From NCBI GenBank assembly GCA_021163765.1, contig JAGGTK010000053.1, positions 8,017-72,016 on the forward strand: a stretch of 64,000 nt of DNA, written 5' to 3'. The stretch is from a bacterium (GTDB taxonomy: Bacteria > 4484-113). The notes beneath the pieces are model-generated. The model had not been told where the DNA came from. It made no database searches and saw nothing but the letters and a program-made list of their open reading frames with translations. How positions within the stretch are numbered: the first letter of the stretch is position 1; every line of letters starts with the position of its first letter. The position numbers were made by a program, and so were the translations under genes. Below, piece after piece: positions 29,704 to 39,131 of this stretch.

Positions 29704-30582
29704 CTACCCGAATCGAACCCGCCGCAAATCGAAGACCGGCCCGTCGCGGCAGACGAGTTTCATTGACTCATACCCAAGACCATCTGTGCGCACAGCGCAA
29801 CCGTAACATGCACCTATTCCGCAGGCCATAACCTCTTCCAGGCTGGCCTCTACGTGAACCGCCTGAGGCAGCATTTCGGCGAGGGCCTTCAGCATGGGCA
29901 CAGGGCCGCACGCGTATACCCGGGTATCTTCAGCCACGCCCTCGGACGCAACCGTCTCGACTATATTCCCGTGAAACCCAAAGCTACCGTCGTCGGTGGC
30001 TGGATGGACTTCTACCGGGAGTTTTGACACGTAATCAAGGGTAAGGTCTCCTGACGTGCTGCCACCGAAGTAAAGGCGGGGACGTGGCAGCTTTGCGGCA
30101 GCAAGTTCTCTGGCCATAAGCAGTAAAGGCGCGACGCCTACGCCGCCAGCCACCAGGACAGTTGGCGTGCCCGGCGGTGGCATCGTGAAAGCGTTGCCAA
30201 GCGGCAATACCCCGCTCAATTGCGCACCAGGAGTGCTATCTGCGAGCCTGCGAGTCTGCTCTCCCACGACCTTAAAGTAGATGTCAAATGAGCCAGCTTC
30301 GACGTCCACGGAGGCAAAGGAAAACGGGCGCCGGAACCTGTAAGGTTCAGATTCGTCACAACGTAACATCATAAATCTCCCCGCGTGCACGTGTTCAAGC
30401 AGGGGGAGGCTCTCATGCGGGACTTTAAGCGTCAACAGGCGAATTTCGCCACCCAGCGACCGGTTTGCGGCAACAGTCAGCTCTGAGAGTGCTTTCACCG
30501 CCGCAGATTTTATCACGGCCAGCCTGTTCCTGATAGGATACGAAGTCACAACAATGGTTGAAAGTCGCAAATCCCGCTGCAC
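29704..30582 (-). CDS. pyrK: dihydroorotate dehydrogenase electron transfer subunit
   Basis: FAD/NAD ferredoxin-reductase fold with C-terminal 2Fe-2S motif CGIGACYGC. Confidence 0.8.
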   Translation of the reverse strand: MQRDLRLSTIVVTSYPIRNRLAVIKSAAVKALSELTVAANRSLGGEIRLLTLKVPHESLPLLEHVHAGRFMMLRCDESEPYRFRRPFSFASVDVEAGSFDIYFKVVGEQTRRLADSTPGAQLSGVLPLGNAFTMPPPGTPTVLVAGGVGVAPLLLMARELAAAKLPRPRLYFGGSTSGDLTLDYVSKLPVEVHPATDDGSFGFHGNIVETVASEGVAEDTRVYACGPVPMLKALAEMLPQAVHVEASLEEVMACGIGACYGCAVRTDGLGYESMKLVCRDGPVFDLRRVRFG

Positions 30583-30588
30583 AGCGAT

Positions 30589-31626
30589 TCAGTTAGCCTT
30601 GGAACCGGGACGTTCCGGGAAATGTCCTTTCGCATACTCGCTGGCGTGCTCCAGCTCATCCACGCGCTTCAGATAGGCAGCATATGTGCTGCTGCCTTCA
30701 GCATCTCGCGCCCTGGTGCAATACGCAATCATGCCACGCGCATAATCCCGGGCATCCTCAAAACGCTTCTCATCAATGAGCTGACGCAAGTAATAATCGT
30801 GACGCCTACACTCCTTCTGCCCTGCCTCAAGCTTCTCACGATGTTCCGTATACGCCGCGTGCTGCTGCTGATAGGACAAGTCCCCGGCGAAGCTGTGCTT
30901 AGCCATTACACTAGAAAGGCGAAGATTGGTTAACATGGTTCCCAGCATGACCCAGCCACCGAATATGGCGGCAATCAGCACTGCTATAGTCACAAGCGAC
31001 TTGAGCGCGCCACTGAAAGCTGTTTCTGAGCTGGAGAAAAGACCCCCAATGACCGGCAGGTCGTCAAGACCGGAAAAGAACTCACCCAGCTTCCGTATGC
31101 GAGGATCGCGCATGCCCATCGCGGAGCCCTTAGGATCCGATAGCGTCATCCCTTCAATCCCGGTGATTAGGCCGTCCTTAAACGTGAACTGGATAGTCTC
31201 GACCCGGTCGACGGCTTGCACTGCTCCGCCCTCTTCTTCCAGCGAGCCAAATATTTCGCTTTCCTCAGCGCCTTCGATACTTGTATCGCTGGCTGCCATT
31301 CCCAACAACCAGTTCCTCTGGAACGCTCCTGATATCTGAATGCCGGCCTCGGAACTTGTTTCCTGAAGCCCCGCCGCTTCAAAGTGATAATCATCACACC
31401 ACTCAAACCACTTCTCAACCCAGCCAGAGAAAGCATTCCGGTCCATCCCTCCGGCTTCGAATTCAGGATGAATTGTGGCTAGGACAGCGCTTGCATCGCC
31501 CGTCACGAAACCGGATGTAAAGCTCCTTACAGCTTCAGCCTCCTTACTAGCCAGCGCAGGCGATCCTGACACTCCTAGGATTACACTGGCAAGAACAGCG
31601 AGTTTCTTCCCGTGTTTGCCGAACAT
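30589..31626 (-). CDS. hypothetical secreted/membrane protein (signal peptide, one C-proximal TM helix)
   Basis: MFGKHGKKLAVLASVILGVSGSPALA signal peptide; TM LVTIAVLIAAIFGGWVMLGTML; no recognised domain. Confidence 0.5.
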   Translation of the reverse strand: MFGKHGKKLAVLASVILGVSGSPALASKEAEAVRSFTSGFVTGDASAVLATIHPEFEAGGMDRNAFSGWVEKWFEWCDDYHFEAAGLQETSSEAGIQISGAFQRNWLLGMAASDTSIEGAEESEIFGSLEEEGGAVQAVDRVETIQFTFKDGLITGIEGMTLSDPKGSAMGMRDPRIRKLGEFFSGLDDLPVIGGLFSSSETAFSGALKSLVTIAVLIAAIFGGWVMLGTMLTNLRLSSVMAKHSFAGDLSYQQQHAAYTEHREKLEAGQKECRRHDYYLRQLIDEKRFEDARDYARGMIAYCTRARDAEGSSTYAAYLKRVDELEHASEYAKGHFPERPGSKAN

Positions 31627-31736
31627 ACATCAAGTATGACTTGAGCGATTTGCTGTGTCAAGATTGAGCCTGGAACTTTTCCTGGCGACGGCAGGGCGGA
31701 ATTCCAAAGGATATTAGTGATTATCCTCACGAAATG

Positions 31737-31765
31737 TTGAAAGCTCTAAACAGGTATGGTATGCT
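31737..31765 (+). promoter_or_regulatory. candidate sigma70-type promoter (TTGAAA -35, 17-nt spacer, TATGCT -10) upstream of OFOR-2/Hdr gene string
   Basis: hexamers at 31737-31742 and 31760-31765 in the divergent intergenic region. Confidence 0.35.
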
Positions 31766-31836
31766 CCTATCAGGTGTAAGGCTCGTGGGCACCGCTGCCT
31801 CGCAGTTGGACGGCGAGGCTAATTCTATCGGAGTGT

Positions 31837-32133
31837 GTGGCTAACGCCGTGAAATATTGGCGAAAACCTTTGGACTTTGATGAGCTCACGATCCCCCACG
31901 GTATCGTGCATATCATCGTTGACCGCTGCAAAGGCTGCGGTTTCTGCGTGGAGTACTGCCCCAAAGGCGTGCTAGAAATGTCGGAGGAGTTTAACGCTAA
32001 GGGCTACCATCCGCCCAAAGTGGTCAAAGAAGGCGAGTGCGTGAACTGCAACCTGTGCGAGATGATATGCCCTGAGTTTGCGATATTCAGCGCCGACGCC
32101 TCCGATAATGGATCGGGCACGCATTCTAAGTAA
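31837..32133 (+). CDS. 2-oxoacid:ferredoxin oxidoreductase delta subunit (second copy)
   Basis: CKGCGFCVEYCP and CVNCNLCEMICP motifs; GTG start. Confidence 0.78.
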   Translation: MANAVKYWRKPLDFDELTIPHGIVHIIVDRCKGCGFCVEYCPKGVLEMSEEFNAKGYHPPKVVKEGECVNCNLCEMICPEFAIFSADASDNGSGTHSK

Positions 32134-32172
32134 TTTTTCTCCTTACAATGGTGAAGTAAAGGAGGACGACCA

Positions 32173-33330
32173 GTGAAAACAGACCCTTCAGGGGTGCTGA
32201 CTGGCCAACATTATCTTGATGGCGACCATGCCTGCGGAGAGGGCGCTATGGCCGCTGGCTGCAGATTCGTTGCCGGCTACCCCATCACTCCTTCAACAGA
32301 AGTCGTAGAGCGCATCTCGCGCAGATTCCCCATGATGGGAGGCACGTTCATCCAGATGGAGGATGAGATGGCCAGCATGGCGGCAATCATTGGCGCATCG
32401 TGGACTGGAACTAAATCAATGACCGTTACCAGTGGCCCCGGATTCTCCCTGATGATGGAGAATATCGGCCTCGCCGCGATGATGGAAACACCATGCGTCA
32501 TTGTGAACGTGCAACGTGGCGGGCCGTCCACGGGGCTACCAACAAATGTAGGCCAAGCGGATATGATGCAGGCGCGATGGGGTTCGCACGGTGACTACGA
32601 AATCATCGCTTTGAGCCCTCAGTCACCACAGGAGGCTTTTGACGTCATGATTGACGCCTTCAATCTCTCGGAGATTTACCGCGTGCCGGTAATGGTCATG
32701 ACGGACGAATGCGTAGGGCATATGACCGAAAAGGTCGTAATCCCCAAGGCTGAAGACATAGAAATAGTGCCACGCAAGCTTACTGATAAGCCGCCAGGCG
32801 AATTCTGGCCTTACGTTGCTGACAGGAACATGATACCGGAATTCGCGCGCGCAGGAGATGGTTACAGGTTCCATAGCACCGGCCTGACGCACAACGAGCG
32901 TGGATATCCGGTAATGAGCGCGGAGTGCCAGCAGGAATGCGTAACCCGGCTGGTAGACAAAATCCGCCTTAACGCTGAAGACATAGTCCGTTTCGAGGAA
33001 GAGGATATTGACGGCGCTGACGTTGTCCTCGTGACTTACGGTATCACCGCGCGTGTTGCGCGACGCGGCATCGATATCGCCAGGAATAAGGGCGTCAAGG
33101 TTGGCGTCATCAGGCTCATTGTTGTATGGCCGTTCCCCGAACGTCACATTCGCGAACTTGCACCCAAGATCAAGGCATTCGTGGTGCCTGAAATCAACTA
33201 CGGACAGATTGTGCTGGAAGTTGAACGCTGTGCGGCCGGGCAGACTCTTACCGTCCTTGTCCCCCATATGGGGGGCACGGTACATGACCCAGAAGACATC
33301 GCAAACGCTATTTTGGAGGCTGCCAAATGA
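32173..33330 (+). CDS. 2-oxoacid:ferredoxin oxidoreductase alpha subunit (second copy)
   Basis: paralogous to 2362..3465 (GYPITPSTEV, GASWTGTKSMT). Confidence 0.88.
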   Translation: MKTDPSGVLTGQHYLDGDHACGEGAMAAGCRFVAGYPITPSTEVVERISRRFPMMGGTFIQMEDEMASMAAIIGASWTGTKSMTVTSGPGFSLMMENIGLAAMMETPCVIVNVQRGGPSTGLPTNVGQADMMQARWGSHGDYEIIALSPQSPQEAFDVMIDAFNLSEIYRVPVMVMTDECVGHMTEKVVIPKAEDIEIVPRKLTDKPPGEFWPYVADRNMIPEFARAGDGYRFHSTGLTHNERGYPVMSAECQQECVTRLVDKIRLNAEDIVRFEEEDIDGADVVLVTYGITARVARRGIDIARNKGVKVGVIRLIVVWPFPERHIRELAPKIKAFVVPEINYGQIVLEVERCAAGQTLTVLVPHMGGTVHDPEDIANAILEAAK

Positions 33331-34307
33331 GCAAGGTCGCGGAGCAAATACCTACAGAAGAAATGGAACACCCAGTAGCGCCGTACTTGCGCATGGATCG
33401 CATCCCGCATATCTGGTGCCCCACCTGCGGCATCGGAACGGTTGTCAGATGCTACGCTGACGCGCTTGAGCATTCCAAAATCGACCTGGACAAGGTGGCT
33501 ATTGTTTCGGGCATTGGGTGCACAGGACGTGTTGCGGGATATATGAGGCTTGATGCCTTTCACACCACCCACGGTCGTGCTATACCGTTTGCAACCGGCC
33601 TGAAGCTGGGCCGGCCTGAGTTGTTGGTTACTGTTTTCTCCGGCGACGGAGACCTGGTTGGCATCGGTGGTAATCACTTCATCCACGCTGCTCGTCGTAA
33701 TCTGGACATACTCGTTATCCTTGTAAACAACTTCATTTATGGAATGACCGGCGGCCAGAACGCTCCAACAACCCCGACGACTGCCAGAACATCTACCATG
33801 CCTTTTGGCAATTTCGAAAGGCCATTCAACCTGCCTCACCTGGCGGAGAGCTGTGGCGCTACATACGTGGCACGCTGGACTAGCCTGCATATTCGCAGGC
33901 TGACCAAGTCGTTCAGAGAGGCGATTAGCCGCAAGGGCTTCCGCTTCGTTGAGGTTATTGCTCCTTGCGCCACTCTGTATGCCCGCCTGAACAAGCTGGG
34001 GACCGGCTTCAACCTGATGCGGTTCTATCACGACAATGCGGTCATTGACCACGGAGCCGATACTCGCGACCTCGACATCAGCTTCCAGGACAGGATTATT
34101 TGTGGGAAGTTCGTGGACAAAGAGCGTCCGACATATAGTGAAATGATGCACGAGCACTATAGAAATGCCCTCGGCGACAAATTCGTGCCTTTACCTGAGG
34201 AAGGTGGAATGATACGCGATACTGGGGAAAAACCAGATTCCAAGGGCAAGAAGCCGGCTAAAAGCCAAAAGCGCAAGGCTTCGGCATCTAAATCCAGTAG
34301 AAAATAA
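33327..34307 (+). CDS. 2-oxoacid:ferredoxin oxidoreductase beta subunit (second copy) with Lys-rich C-terminal tail
   Basis: CPTCGIG, GIGCTGR, TPP-binding GDGD; stop overlaps next start (TAATG). Confidence 0.88.
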   Translation: MSKVAEQIPTEEMEHPVAPYLRMDRIPHIWCPTCGIGTVVRCYADALEHSKIDLDKVAIVSGIGCTGRVAGYMRLDAFHTTHGRAIPFATGLKLGRPELLVTVFSGDGDLVGIGGNHFIHAARRNLDILVILVNNFIYGMTGGQNAPTTPTTARTSTMPFGNFERPFNLPHLAESCGATYVARWTSLHIRRLTKSFREAISRKGFRFVEVIAPCATLYARLNKLGTGFNLMRFYHDNAVIDHGADTRDLDISFQDRIICGKFVDKERPTYSEMMHEHYRNALGDKFVPLPEEGGMIRDTGEKPDSKGKKPAKSQKRKASASKSSRK

Positions 34308-35539
34308 TGGAAGCGGCGCCAAATAAAAGAGCCCTCGTGATCGGCGGTGGCATCGCAGGCATTCAGGCGGCCTTGGACCTAGCCAACGCTCGCATTCCAG
34401 TAACACTGGTGGAGAAGTCCCCTACCCTGGGTGGGCGAATGGCCCAGCTCGACAAGACGTTCCCCACCATGGATTGCAGCATTTGAATCCTCGGCCCAAG
34501 AATGCTGGATGCCGGTCGGCATCCCCTGATAGATGTGATCTCCAACGCCGAGGTTATCGGTTGCGAAGGCAAGCCAGGTGACTTCAGCGTCCGTGTGCGT
34601 AAAAACAAGCGGTACGTACGGGAAGACCTCTGCGTCGCCTGTGGATTATGCACCGATGCCTGTCCGGTCATCGCGGGCAACGAGTTCGATGTAGGACTGA
34701 AAGCCCGCAAGGCAATCTACCGCCCGTTCCCGCAGTCCGTACCTGCGGCATACGTAATAGACCCTGAGTTCTGCATTAACCTTCTGGGACACCTCAGCGA
34801 GAAGCAAATTCGCAGGTTGGAGAAAATCCAGAAGGTCAAACAGCGCAAGAATCTGGACTACAGCTCCAACATCCTTCCCTGTGGGCACTGTACTGAAGCC
34901 TGCGAAGTCAATGCTATCGACTTTGATATGCAGATAGAGGAAAAGGACCTGAATGTCGGGGCGATATTGGTCGCTGTGGGATTTCAGGAATTCGATGCCC
35001 GCAAGCTGGGCAACTACGGCTACGGCCGCTTCCCTAATGTGGTCACCAGCCTTGAATTAGAGCGGATGCTGAACGCCTCCGGAGTGACCCAGGGCCATGT
35101 CGTGCGGCCGTCCGATATGAAGACCCCAAAGCGGTTAGTGTTTATCCAGTGTGTGGGCGCCCGCGGCGAAGGCGGGCGACCGTATTGCAGCCGCTTTTGC
35201 TGTATGAACGCTGTAAAAGATTCTATGCTGGTGCGGCAGCACGATCCGGAAGTTGAGGATGTCACCATCCTCTATACCGACCTCCGCGCTTTCGGCAAAG
35301 GATTCGACGACTTCGTGCAGCGGTCACGTGACGAAAAGAGCGCCACTTACGTACGAGGACGCCCCGCAAAGGTGGATATCGTTCCTGAGAATGACACGCT
35401 GGAAGTGTTCGTTGAGGACACGCTGGGGCATGAGCAGAAACGCATCCCCGCAGACCTGGTCGTGCTTTCGGTTGCTGCCGCGCCAAACGACGGTGCGGCA
35501 GATCTCTTTGATATCTTAGGGATTAACAGGGTGGAGTAG
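34307..35539 (+). CDS. HdrA-like flavoprotein module 1 (FAD domain + inserted 2x[4Fe-4S] ferredoxin), probable selenoprotein (UGA 34484-34486); ends at in-frame TAG 35537-35539
   Basis: [17 protein letters not shown] motif; [15 protein letters not shown] aligns with conserved DCSMCIL of HdrA; [13 protein letters not shown] and [12 protein letters not shown]; reading frame continues into next ORF. Confidence 0.75.
34507..34524 (+). promoter_or_regulatory. bacterial SECIS-like hairpin GGATGCC-GGTC-GGCATCC starting 20 nt after the UGA codon
   Basis: perfect 7-bp stem with GGUC apical loop (same loop as E. coli fdhF SECIS). Confidence 0.65.
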
Positions 35540-35542
35540 GGT

Positions 35543-37459
35543 TTGGGCCCCGAAGGAATTGCCGAGGCCCCCGCGGGGGAGAGCACCCGCGACGGTATCT
35601 TCGTGTGTGGCAGCGCGGTCGGCCCCCAGATAATTCCTGATTGTGTCGCGCAAGCATCGGCGGTCGCAGCCAGAGCACAACTGTTTTTAACCGGTCATCG
35701 AGTTGAGAAGCACGAGGAGCCCGTTGAGCTCCTGGACGTCACCGGTAAGCCGCGGATAGGAATCCTCGTCTGCCATTGCGGCATTAACATCGCGGGCGTA
35801 TTAGACATTGACGACCTCGTGCAGTACGCAACCGCTTTGCCGGATGTGGTGGCGGCTGCTGGCAGCACATTTGCCTGCTCTACAACAGGGCAGGACGAGC
35901 TGGTAGAGCTGATACGCGAACATAATCTGAATCGCCTTGTCATCGCCGCCTGCACCCCGCGCACTCACGAGCCTATATTCCGCGAAACCTGCACCCACAT
36001 TGGCTTCAACCCATACCTTATCGAGATGGTGAATATCCGTGACCAGTGCTCATGGGTGCATACCGGACAACCCGTCGAGGCGCAGGAAAAGGCACGTACG
36101 CTTATAAGGATGGGTGTTGCCCGGGCCCGGCAACTGGAGCCGCTGTTCGAAGGCGAAGTCCCGATGATGCACTCGGCTCTCGTAATTGGCGGTGGAATCG
36201 CCGGTATCCAGGCTGCAACAGACCTGGCAGTGCAGGGGTTCCCCGTTACGCTCGTTGAAAAGGAAGGGCAACTCGGAGGTCGCCTTGCGAAGCCACACCT
36301 GAAATACCTGTATCCCAATATGCGGCCGGCGACTGAGGTACTGGAAGCAAAACTCAAGCTACTTGAGGAAAGCGGCGCCAGAGTCCTGCTTAACACTGAT
36401 GTTGAGAGCATTACCGGATATGTGGGCAACTTCGAGGCTAATCTGACAGGGGAAACTGAAGAGCTCCTCCAGGTTGGCGCCATTATTTTAGCTGTCGGGG
36501 CGGATCTCTACGATCCTGAGGAAGAATATGGCTATTCGAAGTTTCCCAACGTAATCACAAGCCAAGAGCTGGAAACGATGCTGGTGGAGGACGACAAGAA
36601 CGTCGAGATTGCCGGCAGCCGTCCCAGGAGCGCGTCCTTTGTGCTGTGCGTTGGGTCGCGGGATCCGGAGCATTTCCCCGGCTGTTCGCGCTACTGCTGC
36701 CCTACCGCGATAAAGCAAGCTATCCTGCTGCGACGCATGGGGATGGATATAACCATCTTCTACCGCGATATCCGCACGATTTCGACCGGTGCGGAGGAAA
36801 TGTACCGCGAGGCCAGAGGTTTGGGAGTTCTGTTCATCCGGATCCCTGAAGGCGACAAAGTCCAGGTAAGCGGGACAGACCACGCTGAATCGGTGCGATG
36901 CTTCGACGACCTTCTCGGCCGACACCTCGAAGTGCCCACTGACCTGGTCGTGTTAAGCGTGGGCATGCAGCCCAAGCAACCTGAAACATCAAAGTTCCAT
37001 GACATCCTGAAGGTTAGCGTCGGGCTTGACGGCTTCTTCATGGAGCTGCACCCGGAGCTCGGCCCGGTGGAAACCCCCGTGGAGGGCGTGCTTCTTGCGG
37101 GAACGGCTCAGGGGCCGAAAGATATTGTGGATACCGTCGCCCAAGCTTCCGCTGCCGCTGCGAAGGCCTCTATATTCCTGGCGCATGACACCGTTAGCCT
37201 CAATCCAGCGGTATCTGAGGTGATTGAGGAAAAATGCCGGGGCTGCGGCACCTGCGCGGAAATCTGCGAATTCCATGCACCCGCACTCGTCGAGATCGAG
37301 CCTGGCACCTTCGTCGCGCGTATCAACGCCAGTCTTTGCAAGGGTTGCGGCACGTGCACCAGTTGGTGCCCCTCCGGCGCGATTGTCTCCAAGCATTTCA
37401 CCGACCGGCAGGTCCACGCGATGATTGATGCTCTGTTCACAACTGAAACATCGAAATGA
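35543..37459 (+). CDS. HdrA-like flavoprotein module 2, preceded in-frame by the C-terminal FAD-domain strands of module 1
   Basis: first approx. 50 aa (DGIFVCGSAVGPQIIPDCVAQASAVAA) complete module-1 FAD domain; then HdrA N-domain GILVCHCGINIAG, FAD motif [15 protein letters not shown]-terminal CRGCGTCAEICE/CKGCGTCTSWCP; TTG start with GGTGGAG RBS if TAG is a real stop. Confidence 0.7.
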   Translation: MGPEGIAEAPAGESTRDGIFVCGSAVGPQIIPDCVAQASAVAARAQLFLTGHRVEKHEEPVELLDVTGKPRIGILVCHCGINIAGVLDIDDLVQYATALPDVVAAAGSTFACSTTGQDELVELIREHNLNRLVIAACTPRTHEPIFRETCTHIGFNPYLIEMVNIRDQCSWVHTGQPVEAQEKARTLIRMGVARARQLEPLFEGEVPMMHSALVIGGGIAGIQAATDLAVQGFPVTLVEKEGQLGGRLAKPHLKYLYPNMRPATEVLEAKLKLLEESGARVLLNTDVESITGYVGNFEANLTGETEELLQVGAIILAVGADLYDPEEEYGYSKFPNVITSQELETMLVEDDKNVEIAGSRPRSASFVLCVGSRDPEHFPGCSRYCCPTAIKQAILLRRMGMDITIFYRDIRTISTGAEEMYREARGLGVLFIRIPEGDKVQVSGTDHAESVRCFDDLLGRHLEVPTDLVVLSVGMQPKQPETSKFHDILKVSVGLDGFFMELHPELGPVETPVEGVLLAGTAQGPKDIVDTVAQASAAAAKASIFLAHDTVSLNPAVSEVIEEKCRGCGTCAEICEFHAPALVEIEPGTFVARINASLCKGCGTCTSWCPSGAIVSKHFTDRQVHAMIDALFTTETSK

Positions 37460-37920
37460 CTCCGACCAAAACCAAACGCAAGGCAAAGTCCGGTTCCACA
37501 AAGTGGAACCCCAACATCGTGGTTTTTGCGTGCAACTGGTGTTCATACGCGGGTGCGGATACCGCCGGAGTTTCGCGAATCCAGCATGAACCGCACTTCA
37601 GGATGATCCGCGTAATGTGCTCCGGTCGCATCCAGCCAGGCTTCGTTCTCAAGGCTTTTGAGAGGGGAGCGGACGGCGTTCTGGTCTCTGGCTGCCACAT
37701 CGGCGACTGCCACTACATCTTTGGAAACGAGCGCGCACTGGAGCAGTTCGAGAAGACTAAGAATATGGTCAGGCTCCTCGGCCTGGAGGAAGGGCGGCTT
37801 CGTTTGGAATGGATAAGCGCCGCTGAGGGCGCACGATTTGCCGAGGTTATCAACGATTTCACTGCCCAGGTGCGGAAACTGGGGCCGAGCCCACTCAACA
37901 CCGGCAATGGGGAACGCTAA
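37456..37920 (+). CDS. methyl-viologen-reducing hydrogenase delta subunit homolog (MvhD/FlpD)
   Basis: VVFACNWCSYAGAD and VSGCHIGDCHY motifs; start overlaps upstream stop (ATGA). Confidence 0.85.
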   Translation: MTPTKTKRKAKSGSTKWNPNIVVFACNWCSYAGADTAGVSRIQHEPHFRMIRVMCSGRIQPGFVLKAFERGADGVLVSGCHIGDCHYIFGNERALEQFEKTKNMVRLLGLEEGRLRLEWISAAEGARFAEVINDFTAQVRKLGPSPLNTGNGER

Positions 37921-37926
37921 AGGGAT

Positions 37927-39087
37927 ATGAAAACGACTTCAACCCCTGAAATTGCGGAAATCGCCGATAAGGCCAGAGCGTGGGCCTGCTACGACTGCGG
38001 GAAATGCACGGCGACCTGCCCCATTGCCCGGGTTGGCGGCGCTCTCAGCCCCCGGCGGCAGGTGCTGGCAGCCAATCTCGGTCACCGCGAGGACATTATT
38101 ACCAATAATGCCCTTTTCGCCTGTCTTACCTGCGGGTTGTGCAGCTCACGTTGCCCTGCCGGAGTGGTTTACTGCGAGCTGGTTCTAAACCTGCGCCAGC
38201 TCGCATTCCACGACGGCGTTGAGCCTGAGTGCCCGCACGGCGGCGCACTTCAATCAATGATGCGAATGATGGCCAAGGGTAAAACAAAGCAAGACCGCCT
38301 AAGCTGGCTGACCAAAGATTTGAAGGTTCAGCACAAGAAGGGAGATGTTTTCTACTGGACCGGTTGCACGATGTACTACGATGCGTTCTTCCCCGACTTC
38401 AATATCACGACTCTGGACGCTACACGGGCTGCCATTCGCGTACTGAACCGACTGGGCGTGACGCCGGTAGTTTCACCGGACGAGCGATGCTGCGGGCATG
38501 ACCTTCTGTGGAACGGTGACCGGGCGAATTTTGAGCTCCTCGCAAGGCATAACGTTAAACTCGTTGAATCCAGCGGCGCAAAAACGCTTGTCATCTCCTG
38601 TGCTGAGTGCCTGCGAACATGGAATATCGACTACCAGCCATTCTTTGAGACTAGCCCTCCAAAGATTATGCATATAACCGAGTTTATGCAAGAAAATCTG
38701 GATAATCTGAAGTTCAAAGCCAACAAGGAGCATACGGTCACTTATCAGGACCCCTGCCGGCTGGGCAGGCACCTAGGGATCTTCGATCCGCCGCGCGCTA
38801 TACTAGAAGCACTGCCTGATATCACCCTGGCGGAAATGCCCCGCTCCGGAAAAAACTCCATATGCTGCGCTGGGGGGACTTGGTCTAACTGCGACCGCTA
38901 CGCCAAGCACATCCAGGTAGACCGCCTGCGCGAGGCAAAGTCAACAGGTGCTGAGTTCCTTGTTACGTCCTGCCCTAAATGCCAGATACATTTCGCATGC
39001 GCTATGAAAGACCCGAATTTACACGAGGAGATTGAAATCCCGATGCGCGATATCGCCACGCTGGTTGCAGACGCGCTGGCGGATTGA
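37927..39087 (+). CDS. HdrD-like subunit (HdrC-type 4Fe-4S dicluster domain fused to HdrB-type double CCG domain)
   Basis: CYDCGKCTATCP and CLTCGLCSSRCP; CCG motifs ERCCGHD and SICCAGG. Confidence 0.82.
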   Translation: MKTTSTPEIAEIADKARAWACYDCGKCTATCPIARVGGALSPRRQVLAANLGHREDIITNNALFACLTCGLCSSRCPAGVVYCELVLNLRQLAFHDGVEPECPHGGALQSMMRMMAKGKTKQDRLSWLTKDLKVQHKKGDVFYWTGCTMYYDAFFPDFNITTLDATRAAIRVLNRLGVTPVVSPDERCCGHDLLWNGDRANFELLARHNVKLVESSGAKTLVISCAECLRTWNIDYQPFFETSPPKIMHITEFMQENLDNLKFKANKEHTVTYQDPCRLGRHLGIFDPPRAILEALPDITLAEMPRSGKNSICCAGGTWSNCDRYAKHIQVDRLREAKSTGAEFLVTSCPKCQIHFACAMKDPNLHEEIEIPMRDIATLVADALAD

Positions 39088-39131
39088 CCCAATAATGATG
39101 AATTTGATGGAACCTGTAGGGACTCTCTCAA

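Noticed and set aside
35537-35539. Treating the in-frame TAG as definite pyrrolysine
   Set aside because: No pyl genes are visible in the window, and a simple nonsense mutation or assembly error is equally consistent; reported as an open question instead.
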